From: Alphaproteobacteria bacterium
GTDB lineage: Bacteria > Pseudomonadota > Alphaproteobacteria > Paracaedibacterales > CAIOTO01
DNA: 42,498 nucleotides
NCBI GenBank assembly: GCA_030727085.1
Contig: JANRCF010000035.1
Coordinates: forward strand, 3,820-46,317
Reading direction: 5' to 3'
Below are positions 1 through 8,750 of the stretch, piece by piece (the stretch's first letter is position 1; every line of letters starts with the position of its first letter). The position numbers and the translations under genes were made by a program. The notes beneath the pieces were generated by a model that searched no databases, was not told the DNA's origin, and saw nothing but the letters and a program-made list of their open reading frames with translations.

Positions 1-822
1 AGATAGTATTACATAACCTATGAGTGCGACCATTGTACATTGAAGTCCAATATGAGTGGGCTCCTCAGCAATTTTAGTTACATAGAAATTTGTGTATGTG
101 GTTGGCAGCCAATTAGTAGTACCAACGAGCGTTCCAACAAAAATGACGATAGAGCGTCGTAGCCATAAGCAATGGATGTCTTGTTGGGCATTTTCTGTTG
201 ACGTGGTTGCTGGTGGTTGGAGATCTATTAAGATTTTCCTCATGCCAAAGCTCCAAAACGCGGCAAGCCCTCCTAATAAAAAACCAACGCGCCATAACCA
301 GGGCATATCTCGCTGAGAATACAAACATATGGTAGCAAAGCCGAACCCAATCAGGCTGCCGATGGTGCCTGATGCGACAAGAATTCCACTTACAAAACCA
401 AGGCTCTTTTTGTGGTATTCCATTAAATATGTGCCAGCGTTTGTATATTCCCCCCCGAGTGAAAATCCTTGCAATAATCTTAGAAGAACAAATAGAAACG
501 TAGCTACAATACCCATTGTTTCGTAGCCTGGCAATAATCCAATACCAAGGGCAGGGAAAATTGCCCATTTAACTGCATTTAAGAGTGCCATTTTTCGGCC
601 GTATATATCAGAAAAATAACCAAAGATCATTCCGCCAATGGGTCTTATAACAAAAGCTGCGCCGAATAAGAAAAGACTAAGGATATGGGCTTTTCTGACT
701 CCCATATCAGGAAAAAAATAGGGTGTAACAATAGATCCAATATGGGCGAATAATAAAAAATCATAATAGTCAAGAATGTTGCCGAGCAGAACGGCGAGGG
801 TAACCTTGATACGCGAGGACAT
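1..822 (-). CDS. MFS transporter, metabolite:H+ symporter (ProP-like) family; N-terminal 274 aa, gene continues past the left window edge
   Basis: Absent from the ORF track because it has no stop codon inside the window. Reverse-strand ATG at 822..820 is followed by 274 sense codons down to base 1, checked codon by codon with no in-frame stop. The translation MSSRIKVTLAVLLGNILDYYDFLLFAHIGS...FVIRPIGGMIFGYFSDIYGRKMAL...LLRLLQGFSLGGEY carries the MFS loop 2-3 signature (G-x3-D-x2-GRK) and an MHS/ProP-type N-terminus. Confidence 0.8.
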   Translation of the reverse strand, partial: MSSRIKVTLAVLLGNILDYYDFLLFAHIGSIVTPYFFPDMGVRKAHILSLFLFGAAFVIRPIGGMIFGYFSDIYGRKMALLNAVKWAIFPALGIGLLPGYETMGIVATFLFVLLRLLQGFSLGGEYTNAGTYLMEYHKKSLGFVSGILVASGTIGSLIGFGFATICLYSQRDMPWLWRVGFLLGGLAAFWSFGMRKILIDLQPPATTSTENAQQDIHCLWLRRSIVIFVGTLVGTTNWLPTTYTNFYVTKIAEEPTHIGLQCTMVALIGYVILS

Positions 823-1050
823 AGACGATTCCTTTGTAAATTTCTGATGTTAACCACTTTTTTAATATAAAAGATAAATTGTCAAAAACAATAGTTTTAA
901 GAGCAATATTTTTTTGAAAGATAGTTTATTTTTCGTCATCGATGTGTCAGAGGCTGACTCGTCTGTTTGAAAATCAGGATATTGACGTGATTTAAGGTGT
1001 TCTATAGGATTTATTGGTGATATTATAAATTTAAGTTACGAGTATGAAAA

Positions 1051-1947
1051 ATGATTCACAATAACGTTAACATTTGTCAGTTTATTTTGCCAGATTACGC
1101 GGTTGAACAATTCTTTACTGATGGCTATGTCGTTTGTAAGAATCGTTACGCATTGGATGAAGTTACTAAAATCAAGCAATGTGCGGATCATTTGCGCCAA
1201 AAAGCTGAACTGCTCTACTCTCACATCACAGAAAATAATATTAATGAATTAGGCTCTTATGCCTTGAGTGATGACGCCGCTTTTGATGTCCATTTTATTA
1301 ATTCTAATGGTGAAAACAACCTTTACTACGTTGATTATGAGGGGGCACGGTTCATACTAGGAAGTGCTAATGCGAAAATGGTAATTCATCGCATTGTGTG
1401 GGCTGGCGGCGCTGAGCCTTATTTGCTGGAAGTTTCGCGACAAGACAAACTACTGCGCCCAGTTTCTCAGCTTCTTCGGAGCAATACTGCGGATCATCTT
1501 ATCAATCAAATCCATTTTAAGATGCAAGGCGACGGTGTTGAATTTAAATGGCATCAAGATGTTATGAATAGGCGCTCATATGGAAAGCGGTGGGCTGATG
1601 TAAATGGAACAGGTAGCTTTGTGCAAACATTTATCGTGCTGGATGATACGACGTCAGAAAATGGCACGCTTAATCTTGTGAAAGGGCTACCGCCACAGGG
1701 TGATCTTTTTTTAGAAACTGTAAAAGATTCAGAGCAATTGAGAAAAGTGGCGAGGCTCGATGAGGCGTTCCCATTGGAATTAAATGTCGGTGATGTTTTG
1801 TTTATGCACCCCTATACGGTTCATGGCAGCGAGCCTAATAATTCCAGCCAAATACGCAGGCTTTTGATTAATGGTTTTTCCTGTCCTGGTGCGAATAAGG
1901 GCGATTATCCAGGTGTTGGAAGCGCAAAAGAGATTGATTTGGGTTGA
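1051..1947 (+). CDS. Phytanoyl-CoA dioxygenase (PhyH) family Fe(II)/2-oxoglutarate-dependent oxygenase
   Basis: 298-aa ORF. It has the facial-triad pattern FKWHQD (H-x-D) and a distal MHPYTVHGSEPNNS...IRR (His plus 2OG-binding Arg), which is typical of the PhyH family. Confidence 0.75.
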   Translation: MIHNNVNICQFILPDYAVEQFFTDGYVVCKNRYALDEVTKIKQCADHLRQKAELLYSHITENNINELGSYALSDDAAFDVHFINSNGENNLYYVDYEGARFILGSANAKMVIHRIVWAGGAEPYLLEVSRQDKLLRPVSQLLRSNTADHLINQIHFKMQGDGVEFKWHQDVMNRRSYGKRWADVNGTGSFVQTFIVLDDTTSENGTLNLVKGLPPQGDLFLETVKDSEQLRKVARLDEAFPLELNVGDVLFMHPYTVHGSEPNNSSQIRRLLINGFSCPGANKGDYPGVGSAKEIDLG

Positions 1948-1997
1948 GGCAAATTCCATTTGGTACAAGAGAAGTAAAAGCGACGAGAAATCAGAAA

Positions 1998-3593
1998 TTA
2001 CATCAGATTCTTTTGATAAAAATCATTAAGGTAGTTAGTTTTAAGCTTCATAAGCCTTTCAGCTGTTTCTTTGTTTTTCTTAAGATATGGTAGCATTTCT
2101 GCATATTTTTGTGGGGTCAGTGTGTTTGCAATTCGAATGATATCATCGGTGTTTTCAGCAATTAATATGCCGCGCGCGTCAAAATAGTCGGTGACATTTG
2201 GGCAGCCTAAGTAGATTGGTACAGTAAGCGTGAGAAAACAACTTGTTAGTTTTTCGGTCATATAATTATATTGCCTGCAGTTTTCAATCGCTATGTTAAA
2301 TTGCCCGCTTAAAATCCATTTCTTTGAATCATCAGGCATTTTCCGATCTTTGAATTTTGTAGAATAACTATCAATAGCGCGGTTTGAAACATAGAATTTA
2401 CGAGGGATGGCTGTTATTTCTGCTTCACGTTCCCAAAATTTTAAACGGGAGGTATATGTGCGTGATGGGTCTTGTAGATAGTTTGTGTCTCCAACAGCGC
2501 CCAGGGATAATAAATACCCTAATTCAAACGGTTTGTTATCAAGTTGGGTGCCAGCAAAGTTATCCCAATTTTCGACTAAATGGCCTGGGATAATCCTTTC
2601 ATTTTTTGTACCTAATGGCAGGCCTGTGAAGACCAAATCGTAACCATCCGAAATACGCCTTAGAAAGATTTTGTACTCAGTTTCTGTGCTAGCAAAGCTA
2701 CAATAGTGAAGAGGTTCTGATTCATGAAATGCGATATTGATAACGAGCGGATTGATTCGACCCTCGACCGTGTAGTTCGTATACATCGGTAATCTATGCA
2801 TGATGTAGTAGAATTTTTTACCCTCTACGTTGTGTGAGTAGTAATATCGTTCATGTCTCCATTCAAGTGTTCCAGGTTCTTTGATGGATGTTTCTTTTTC
2901 AGGGTTAATGCCAAAGGCTGTTGGGTTTTGTATAAATGGACTTTTGTAAAAGCTCAATTCGCTGTTATTATTTAATTGTACATCAAGGCCGCGGTTGATC
3001 ATTGATTTGAAGCAAATAGGTATTGCATTAAATTTTGATGGAGAGAGACGCACAATGACTTTGTATGTTTTGAACCGCAATAATGCTTCTGCAGCCATCC
3101 ATGCACGATGTACTTCGCTGCTATCTTTGATGCAGACTTCAACAATGGGTGCCGTTGGTGAAAGGTCAGTTTTGGGTTGTGATAAGAAATCCACAAATGG
3201 ATTACCTTCGCATGGCCATAAGCGTTCCTTATAGAGGGTGATGTTGAACCAGGAGTTCGGATCGCGGTGTGTTTTTCGCTCGCCTTGCCAGCCATGTTTC
3301 ATAAAGTGATCGATAGGTGTTAAGCCTGTTTTATCGAGGTCTTCTTTGTATTGGTCTTTATAAAAATTCTCATCGAAATAAGGTTCTATTAGTTTTTTTT
3401 GTTGTTCGTAGGAAAGCTGTGCCAAGGTTTCAGTTGTGGGTAAGGCAGTGTTTACTGGTGGAGTAGAGGTAGCAGGTTGCTGCGCTATTACGGTGAAAGA
3501 AAAATTGATCGTGACAATGAAAGTTAACGTAAAATAAAGAATGTATTTTTTCATAAAATCATCAATGAGAAGTATGTATTTAAAATTTAGCAT
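1998..3593 (-). CDS. Signal-peptide/anchor protein with a C-terminal GT10 (alpha-1,3/4-fucosyltransferase-like) glycosyltransferase domain
   Basis: 531-aa ORF. The more likely start is the ATG at 3554 (MKKYILYFTLTFIVTINFSFTVIAQQ, a hydrophobic signal or anchor). The C-terminal QFNIAIENCRQYNYMTEKLTSCFLTLTVPIYLGCPNVTDYFD matches the GT10 signature seen in Helicobacter FucT (FNLCFENSxxxGYVTEK...IPIYWGxP). The N-terminal part has an FDENFYKDQY...HFMKHGWQGER motif common in bacterial glycosyltransferase-associated proteins. Confidence 0.6.
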   Translation of the reverse strand: MLNFKYILLIDDFMKKYILYFTLTFIVTINFSFTVIAQQPATSTPPVNTALPTTETLAQLSYEQQKKLIEPYFDENFYKDQYKEDLDKTGLTPIDHFMKHGWQGERKTHRDPNSWFNITLYKERLWPCEGNPFVDFLSQPKTDLSPTAPIVEVCIKDSSEVHRAWMAAEALLRFKTYKVIVRLSPSKFNAIPICFKSMINRGLDVQLNNNSELSFYKSPFIQNPTAFGINPEKETSIKEPGTLEWRHERYYYSHNVEGKKFYYIMHRLPMYTNYTVEGRINPLVINIAFHESEPLHYCSFASTETEYKIFLRRISDGYDLVFTGLPLGTKNERIIPGHLVENWDNFAGTQLDNKPFELGYLLSLGAVGDTNYLQDPSRTYTSRLKFWEREAEITAIPRKFYVSNRAIDSYSTKFKDRKMPDDSKKWILSGQFNIAIENCRQYNYMTEKLTSCFLTLTVPIYLGCPNVTDYFDARGILIAENTDDIIRIANTLTPQKYAEMLPYLKKNKETAERLMKLKTNYLNDFYQKNLM

Positions 3594-3778
3594 TAATGCA
3601 ATAATTTTGTAAAGTTAGATTATGCGGGCTTGATACTAGCAAAATTACATAATTTGAATCGCTCACTAAGCATTATAATAATGAGTGTGACAGTATCAGC
3701 GATACGGTCATTTTTTCCTTGTTGTGACAGTTCTACTTTTATGGCATAGCTTAAGTAACACCTTAAAAAAGATTTTGC

Positions 3779-5776
3779 ATGTCCTCTCCAACGATCACTC
3801 ACAAGCCACTTCAAATAGTATCGCCATTCTCGCCTGCAGGTGATCAACCGGCGGCCATAGCTGCCCTAATTGATGGGTTGAATCAGAATGAGAAAAATCA
3901 AGTTCTACTTGGTGTAACTGGATCAGGCAAAACCTTTACAATAGCGAATGTGATTCAGGCGGTGCAACGGCCAGCGATTATTTTGGCGCCAAATAAAACG
4001 CTAGCGGCGCAGTTGTATGCCGAAATGCAAAGTTTTTTCCCACATAACGCGGTTGAATATTTTGTGTCGTATTATGATTATTATCAGCCAGAGGCATATG
4101 TGCCGCGCTCTGATACATTCATTGAAAAGACGGCTGCTATTAACGAACAGATCGATCGCATGCGTCATTCGGCTACACGGGCATTGCTTGAACGATCTGA
4201 TGTAATTGTGGTGGCGTCAGTGTCATGCATCTACGGTATTGGCGGCGTTGAAACGTATAGCGAAATGGTGCTTGAACTACGTAAAGGCATGTCCCTTGAT
4301 CGCACGAATTTACTGCGTAAATTGACCGAGCTTCAATACAAACGAAATGACATTGCTTTTGTGCGTGGTACGTTTCGGGTGCGTGGTGATATTCTTGATA
4401 TTTTTCCGTCACACTTTGATGAACGCGCTTGGAAGATTAGTTTTTTTGGCGATGAGCTTGAAGAGATTGTTGAAGTCGATGCGTTAACAGGTGAGCGTTT
4501 TGAAAAGCTAGATAAAGTAATTGTTTATCCCAATAGTCACTATGTGACGCCTGGACGTACAATTCAGCAAGCGATTAAGCAAATTCAAAGTGATCTTATA
4601 ATAAGGTTGGCAGAGTTTCGCCAAGACAATAAATTGCTTGAGGCGCAACGTCTTGAGCAGCGCACCATGTTTGATCTTGAAATGATGGCAGCAACTGGCT
4701 CATGTGCGGGTATTGAAAATTATTCGCGATATCTGACGGGTAGGGCGCCAGGCTCTGCTCCACCGACGTTGTTTGAATATTTACCAAATGATGCTTTGTT
4801 GATCATTGACGAGAGTCACGTTGCCGTACCCCAGCTGGGTGCGATGTATAAGGGCGATAAAGCACGTAAAACGACATTATCCGATTATGGGTTTCGCTTG
4901 CCTTCCTGCAAAGATAATCGTCCGTTGATGTTCGAGGAATGGGAAGCTATGCGCCCGCAAACAGTGTTTGTATCAGCAACGCCTGGTCCATTTGAGCTTG
5001 ATCAAACGCAAGGTGTATTTGTCGAGCAATTGATTCGCCCGACTGGCTTAGTTGATCCTATGTGCGAGATTCACCCTTGTGAGAATCAAGTGGATGATTT
5101 GATTCATGAATGCAAAGCGACGGTTGCAAAAGGGTATCGTATTTTGGTAACTACACTTACAAAACGGATGGCGGAATCACTGACGGATTACCTAACGGAG
5201 GCAGGCCTTAAAACATGTTATCTGCATTCGGATATTGATACGTTAGAGCGTATTCAGATTCTGCAGCAATTGCGTAAGGGTACGCATGATGTGTTGGTGG
5301 GTATTAACTTGCTTCGTGAAGGGTTAGACATTCCTGAATGCGGTTTGGTTGCAATTTTGGATGCCGATAAAGAAGGGTTTTTACGTTCTAAAACATCTTT
5401 GATACAAACGATTGGGCGTGCTGCACGAAATGTGGATGGTCGCGTAATTTTATATGCGGACAAGATGACAAAGTCAATGGAAGGCGCATTGGCTGAAACG
5501 GATCGTCGTCGTGAGAAACAAGTTGAGTATAACGAAGCACATGGTATTACGCCGCAATCTATCCGTAAAGATTTAGCGCAATCGATGGATATGGATGGCG
5601 TAGGGGCTGCTGCCGAAAAGGCTGAAAAGTTGCATATTGATATAACCAAGATTGCGAAGCAAATTGCGGATTTGGAAAAGAAAATGCGCAAAGCCGCTGG
5701 TGATTTAGATTTTGAAAAGGCGGCGCAGTTCAGAGATGAGTTGAAGCAACTGAGGGAGATTCAGCTGACGTTGTAA
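3779..5776 (+). CDS. uvrB: Excinuclease ABC subunit B
   Basis: 665 aa. It shows [11 protein letters not shown], the Walker A motif [10 protein letters not shown], helicase motifs ([23 protein letters not shown]) and a C-terminal UVR domain ([28 protein letters not shown]). Confidence 0.97.
   Translation: MSSPTITHKPLQIVSPFSPAGDQPAAIAALIDGLNQNEKNQVLLGVTGSGKTFTIANVIQAVQRPAIILAPNKTLAAQLYAEMQSFFPHNAVEYFVSYYDYYQPEAYVPRSDTFIEKTAAINEQIDRMRHSATRALLERSDVIVVASVSCIYGIGGVETYSEMVLELRKGMSLDRTNLLRKLTELQYKRNDIAFVRGTFRVRGDILDIFPSHFDERAWKISFFGDELEEIVEVDALTGERFEKLDKVIVYPNSHYVTPGRTIQQAIKQIQSDLIIRLAEFRQDNKLLEAQRLEQRTMFDLEMMAATGSCAGIENYSRYLTGRAPGSAPPTLFEYLPNDALLIIDESHVAVPQLGAMYKGDKARKTTLSDYGFRLPSCKDNRPLMFEEWEAMRPQTVFVSATPGPFELDQTQGVFVEQLIRPTGLVDPMCEIHPCENQVDDLIHECKATVAKGYRILVTTLTKRMAESLTDYLTEAGLKTCYLHSDIDTLERIQILQQLRKGTHDVLVGINLLREGLDIPECGLVAILDADKEGFLRSKTSLIQTIGRAARNVDGRVILYADKMTKSMEGALAETDRRREKQVEYNEAHGITPQSIRKDLAQSMDMDGVGAAAEKAEKLHIDITKIAKQIADLEKKMRKAAGDLDFEKAAQFRDELKQLREIQLTL
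5462..5776. repeat. Direct repeat copy 1 (3' terminal 315 bp of uvrB)
   Basis: Aligns without indels to 8372..8686. By hand count there are about 35 mismatches in 315 positions. Confidence 0.95.
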
Positions 5777-5882
5777 TTTAATTGCATTTTTCACCACAAC
5801 CATTCAGGCTATTCCTGTTATCATCGTGCTCTTTTTGTGGGGCTCTGCTCTTTGAAAGCACATAGCTATTCATTTATTTTAC

Positions 5883-5927
5883 GCACTAATTGCCATTGTG
5901 TCCGAGTCCGGAGATGGCAATTAGCGC
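5883..5927. other. Stem-loop between convergent uvrB and the 751-aa ORF (possible bidirectional terminator, no clear U-tract)
   Basis: gcactaattgccat (5883..5896) pairs with atggcaattagcgc (5914..5927) at 13/14 positions around a 17-nt loop. No flanking T-run is present on either strand, so a terminator function is uncertain. Confidence 0.35.
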
Positions 5928-5962
5928 GTCCAAAAGTGATAAAAAAAGTGAGTGATTACATT

Positions 5963-8218
5963 TTATTTTTCATTCACGGCAGCTGTGGTTGAACGTGCTG
6001 CGCCAGCCGCTTCTGCAGAACGCGCCCTGTGCTGAATCGTTTTTATATATATTTCATTAACATATGATTGTAAATATGCTCGGTAACCATCTACAACAAA
6101 CTCAACGACAACATTAATATCGTCTTCTAACGTGTCTTCATCCACATCATGTGATTGTGCAAAGTCAGAGATATATCTTCGTGTTAAGTTTTCAATGTCT
6201 GACATTGTTGATTGAGGTGTTGCACCACGTCGAACGAGCTCTCTTGCTAATCTAATAGCCTTTTTATGTGCCTCTTTTTGAGTAATGTCTTCACGAGGCT
6301 CTCTTGCTGCTGTACGCGCTTCATCTCTACAATCTTCTTTGTAAAAAATATTAAATGCATTTTTTATAAACATTCGAACTAATAGAGGGCCCTCTGCTTT
6401 TGCGAAAATGCTATCCAATTCTGGGTCCTCAAGGCCACGAAGGCCTGTTACGGCTCGATTAACGGCGCCTTCGGTGCAAATTTCTACGCCTTTAACACCT
6501 ATCCTATTGCTATAGAAAGTCCGCTGAGGTGCGGGCGTTTCTGATAAGAACCCATGGATCCACAACTGAATTTTTATTTCTCTTTCAGCGGCATCTGGAT
6601 AACGCTTGTGAATATATTTGAAAACTTCCCCAACTATTTTAACAGCTTTTTTATCTTCAAGCACTTCGAATAAAATTCTTATGTTATCAGCGGTGCTTCT
6701 GGTTGATATGTCAGCCATACTTCTTAGTTTATCAGCGATTAGATGTTTCAACACGTCAGCTTTTAAGGCAGGCTGAGGCACTCCCTGCCAAGCAGCATCT
6801 AAATCTATATGATTAATTATAGCTTGATTTAAAGAAAGAAATTCTGTTTCCTCCTCGTCTTCTTCATCCTCACCTTCATCTTCATCTACATACAGTGGCA
6901 TTGCAACTATGTATTTATGATAATCATCAATAGAACCCAACATTCGAGCAAGTAAGTTATTAGTTTGGTATGGTCGTTGCCTTCTTCTTTCTACACTGTG
7001 CATTACTTCATTTTTCACATTGTTTGGCACATTTGTGAATAGCAAACGTATTACTTGATTGTTATAATAGAGACGCATTTTTTCTAGGTTTGAATCTAAA
7101 TAACGTTCAGACGAATAAGGGTATTCTAAAATCTTTGCCAGATCTTCTGGTGGGTTTTCTAGTTGGTAACGAATGTATTCATGAAGCTGTTTGTCCTCAT
7201 TAAGAGGTCTTGTTGTTGATAGCATTTTAGATTTTTCAGGATGATGAACAAAATCAGCTAGATTTATGTGTAAACGACAGTAATGTTTAGCAACAAGTAC
7301 GGGGTCAAGTGCATAAACTTGCTTGTGATTTAATAAGAATCGAGATGCTGCAATGTTTTTGTACTCAGTTCGCATAAATTTATTAAATGCAAAGTTAATT
7401 GCACTTTTATTTGCAAATAATTTAGCGTGATTGTAATGCGTGATTTCTGTTGGAAGGTCACATAAAAGCGTTGCTATTGTCATATTATTAACGTTAAGTG
7501 CTTCTATAAGAGCTCCAGCAAGGGTTTGTTGAGTTAGCTCGAACGCACCTCTTAATCGCAACAGACGTGACACCGTTAACCGATGATTTAGTTTGACGCT
7601 ATGCATTAATTGTTCGCTAAGCCATATCGAAAAGTTATTTTCACTTTCTTTCTTTTCTTCAGGATTATTTAATGAAATTGCAGCTGTAAACTTATTGAAC
7701 TTAGGTTCCCACTCATTCTTTATATAATTCTCTTCGCTTGGCATGACAATATATTGTTTTCGCCTATGGGTCGTATTACCTCTAAGAAGAAGTTCAAATC
7801 TATCTCGTTGTTGTTTTAGGTCCTCTGGTTTCAATCTTTTTTGTAAGGCATAAATAATGTCTGGATTACTTCCTTCCTCTGCTAATTTTTCAAATTGTTC
7901 AACTACTAAAGAATAGCTTGGTTGCAGTCTTTTTGCTTTGTAAAATATATTGATAAGATCAATACTTTCAAGCGCGATTGCATAGCTAAAACTTTCATCA
8001 ACTGCTTCTTGGCTTGGCTGTATCAACTTAGTTGAGTCAAGCAATTCACTGAATTCAACTATATTTTGAAGATTTGCTGTCCATAACAATTTATTGTCAA
8101 GATCATTTTGCTCTATCCCAGGAGTATCTATTTTTTCCGCTGTAAAACCCTGGTGCACAAAAGACGATGCTATTGAAAAAGCAGTGACTATCAAAAGTTC
8201 TTTATATAAAATTTTCAT
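5963..8218 (-). CDS. Hypothetical secreted protein, 751 aa, with an internal poly-acidic tract; no recognisable domain
   Basis: Long uninterrupted ORF with an N-terminal signal-like segment MKILYKELLIVTAFSIASSFVHQGFTA. It contains the acidic run DEDEGEDEEDEEETE. It is AT-rich: a 60-nt spot count at 6061..6120 gives 32% GC, against 53% at uvrB 4801..4860. Confidence 0.6.
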   Translation of the reverse strand: MKILYKELLIVTAFSIASSFVHQGFTAEKIDTPGIEQNDLDNKLLWTANLQNIVEFSELLDSTKLIQPSQEAVDESFSYAIALESIDLINIFYKAKRLQPSYSLVVEQFEKLAEEGSNPDIIYALQKRLKPEDLKQQRDRFELLLRGNTTHRRKQYIVMPSEENYIKNEWEPKFNKFTAAISLNNPEEKKESENNFSIWLSEQLMHSVKLNHRLTVSRLLRLRGAFELTQQTLAGALIEALNVNNMTIATLLCDLPTEITHYNHAKLFANKSAINFAFNKFMRTEYKNIAASRFLLNHKQVYALDPVLVAKHYCRLHINLADFVHHPEKSKMLSTTRPLNEDKQLHEYIRYQLENPPEDLAKILEYPYSSERYLDSNLEKMRLYYNNQVIRLLFTNVPNNVKNEVMHSVERRRQRPYQTNNLLARMLGSIDDYHKYIVAMPLYVDEDEGEDEEDEEETEFLSLNQAIINHIDLDAAWQGVPQPALKADVLKHLIADKLRSMADISTRSTADNIRILFEVLEDKKAVKIVGEVFKYIHKRYPDAAEREIKIQLWIHGFLSETPAPQRTFYSNRIGVKGVEICTEGAVNRAVTGLRGLEDPELDSIFAKAEGPLLVRMFIKNAFNIFYKEDCRDEARTAAREPREDITQKEAHKKAIRLARELVRRGATPQSTMSDIENLTRRYISDFAQSHDVDEDTLEDDINVVVEFVVDGYRAYLQSYVNEIYIKTIQHRARSAEAAGAARSTTAAVNEK

Positions 8219-8371
8219 ATATTTTTCCTTAATTTTATAATATATAATTTATTAAATAATATAATTTATTTTAACTTTATAAGCCAGTGTTTCTATTTTG
8301 TCAATTTTATCTTGCACTTCATATCAATGTGCTCTGAATCTTTGTATTTAAAATTGAGTCGAAGATTTATA

Positions 8372-8686
8372 AAGATGACAAAGTCAATGGAGGGTGCGTT
8401 GGCTGAAACGGATCGCCGCCGTGAGAAACAGACTGAGTATAACGAAGCACATGGTATTACGCCGCAATCTATTCGTAAAGATTTAGCGCAATCGATGGAT
8501 ATGGATGGTGTGGGTGCTGCCGCTGAAAAGGTTGCTAAACTGCATATTGATATTACAAAAATTGCGAAGCAAATTGCAGATCTAGAAAAGAAAATGCGCA
8601 AAGCCGCGGGGGATTTGGATTTTGAAAAAGCCGCGCAGTTTAGAGATGAGTTGAAGCAGCTACGGGACATTCAGCTGACGTTGTGA
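8372..8686 (+). pseudogene. Duplicated 3' fragment of uvrB (C-terminal ~104 codons including the UVR domain); direct repeat copy 2
   Basis: The ORF 8312..8686 translates to ...[104 protein letters not shown]. From KMTKSM onward this differs from the UvrB C-terminus at 4 residues. The frame is intact through a TGA stop, and the upstream 20 codons are unrelated sequence. Confidence 0.85.
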
Positions 8687-8750
8687 ATATGAAGGGAGGC
8701 TAATGACACTGGTATTCATAAAGTCCTCGAGCAATCCTAAACCTGCGCAC

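Noticed and set aside
92-857. Four listed ORFs (92..316 +, 113..568 -, 329..526 +, 645..857 -) at the left edge
   Set aside because: All are alternative-frame or antisense readings of the single open MFS transporter frame (1..822, minus strand). That frame has a recognisable family signature and the four ORFs do not.
5254-5691. 145-aa reverse-strand ORF inside uvrB, with a look-alike 125-aa ORF at 8293..8670
   Set aside because: Both are antisense to the UvrB C-terminal coding sequence. They resemble each other only because the underlying DNA is duplicated, and their low-complexity Ala/Ser/Ile-rich translation is typical of antisense artefacts.
5462-8686. The possibility that the uvrB-end duplication is an assembly artefact or collapsed repeat
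   Set aside because: The copies differ at about 11% of positions with a codon-structured pattern, and they have different stop codons and unique flanks. That is not what misassembly of a single locus produces. Only read-level data can fully exclude it.
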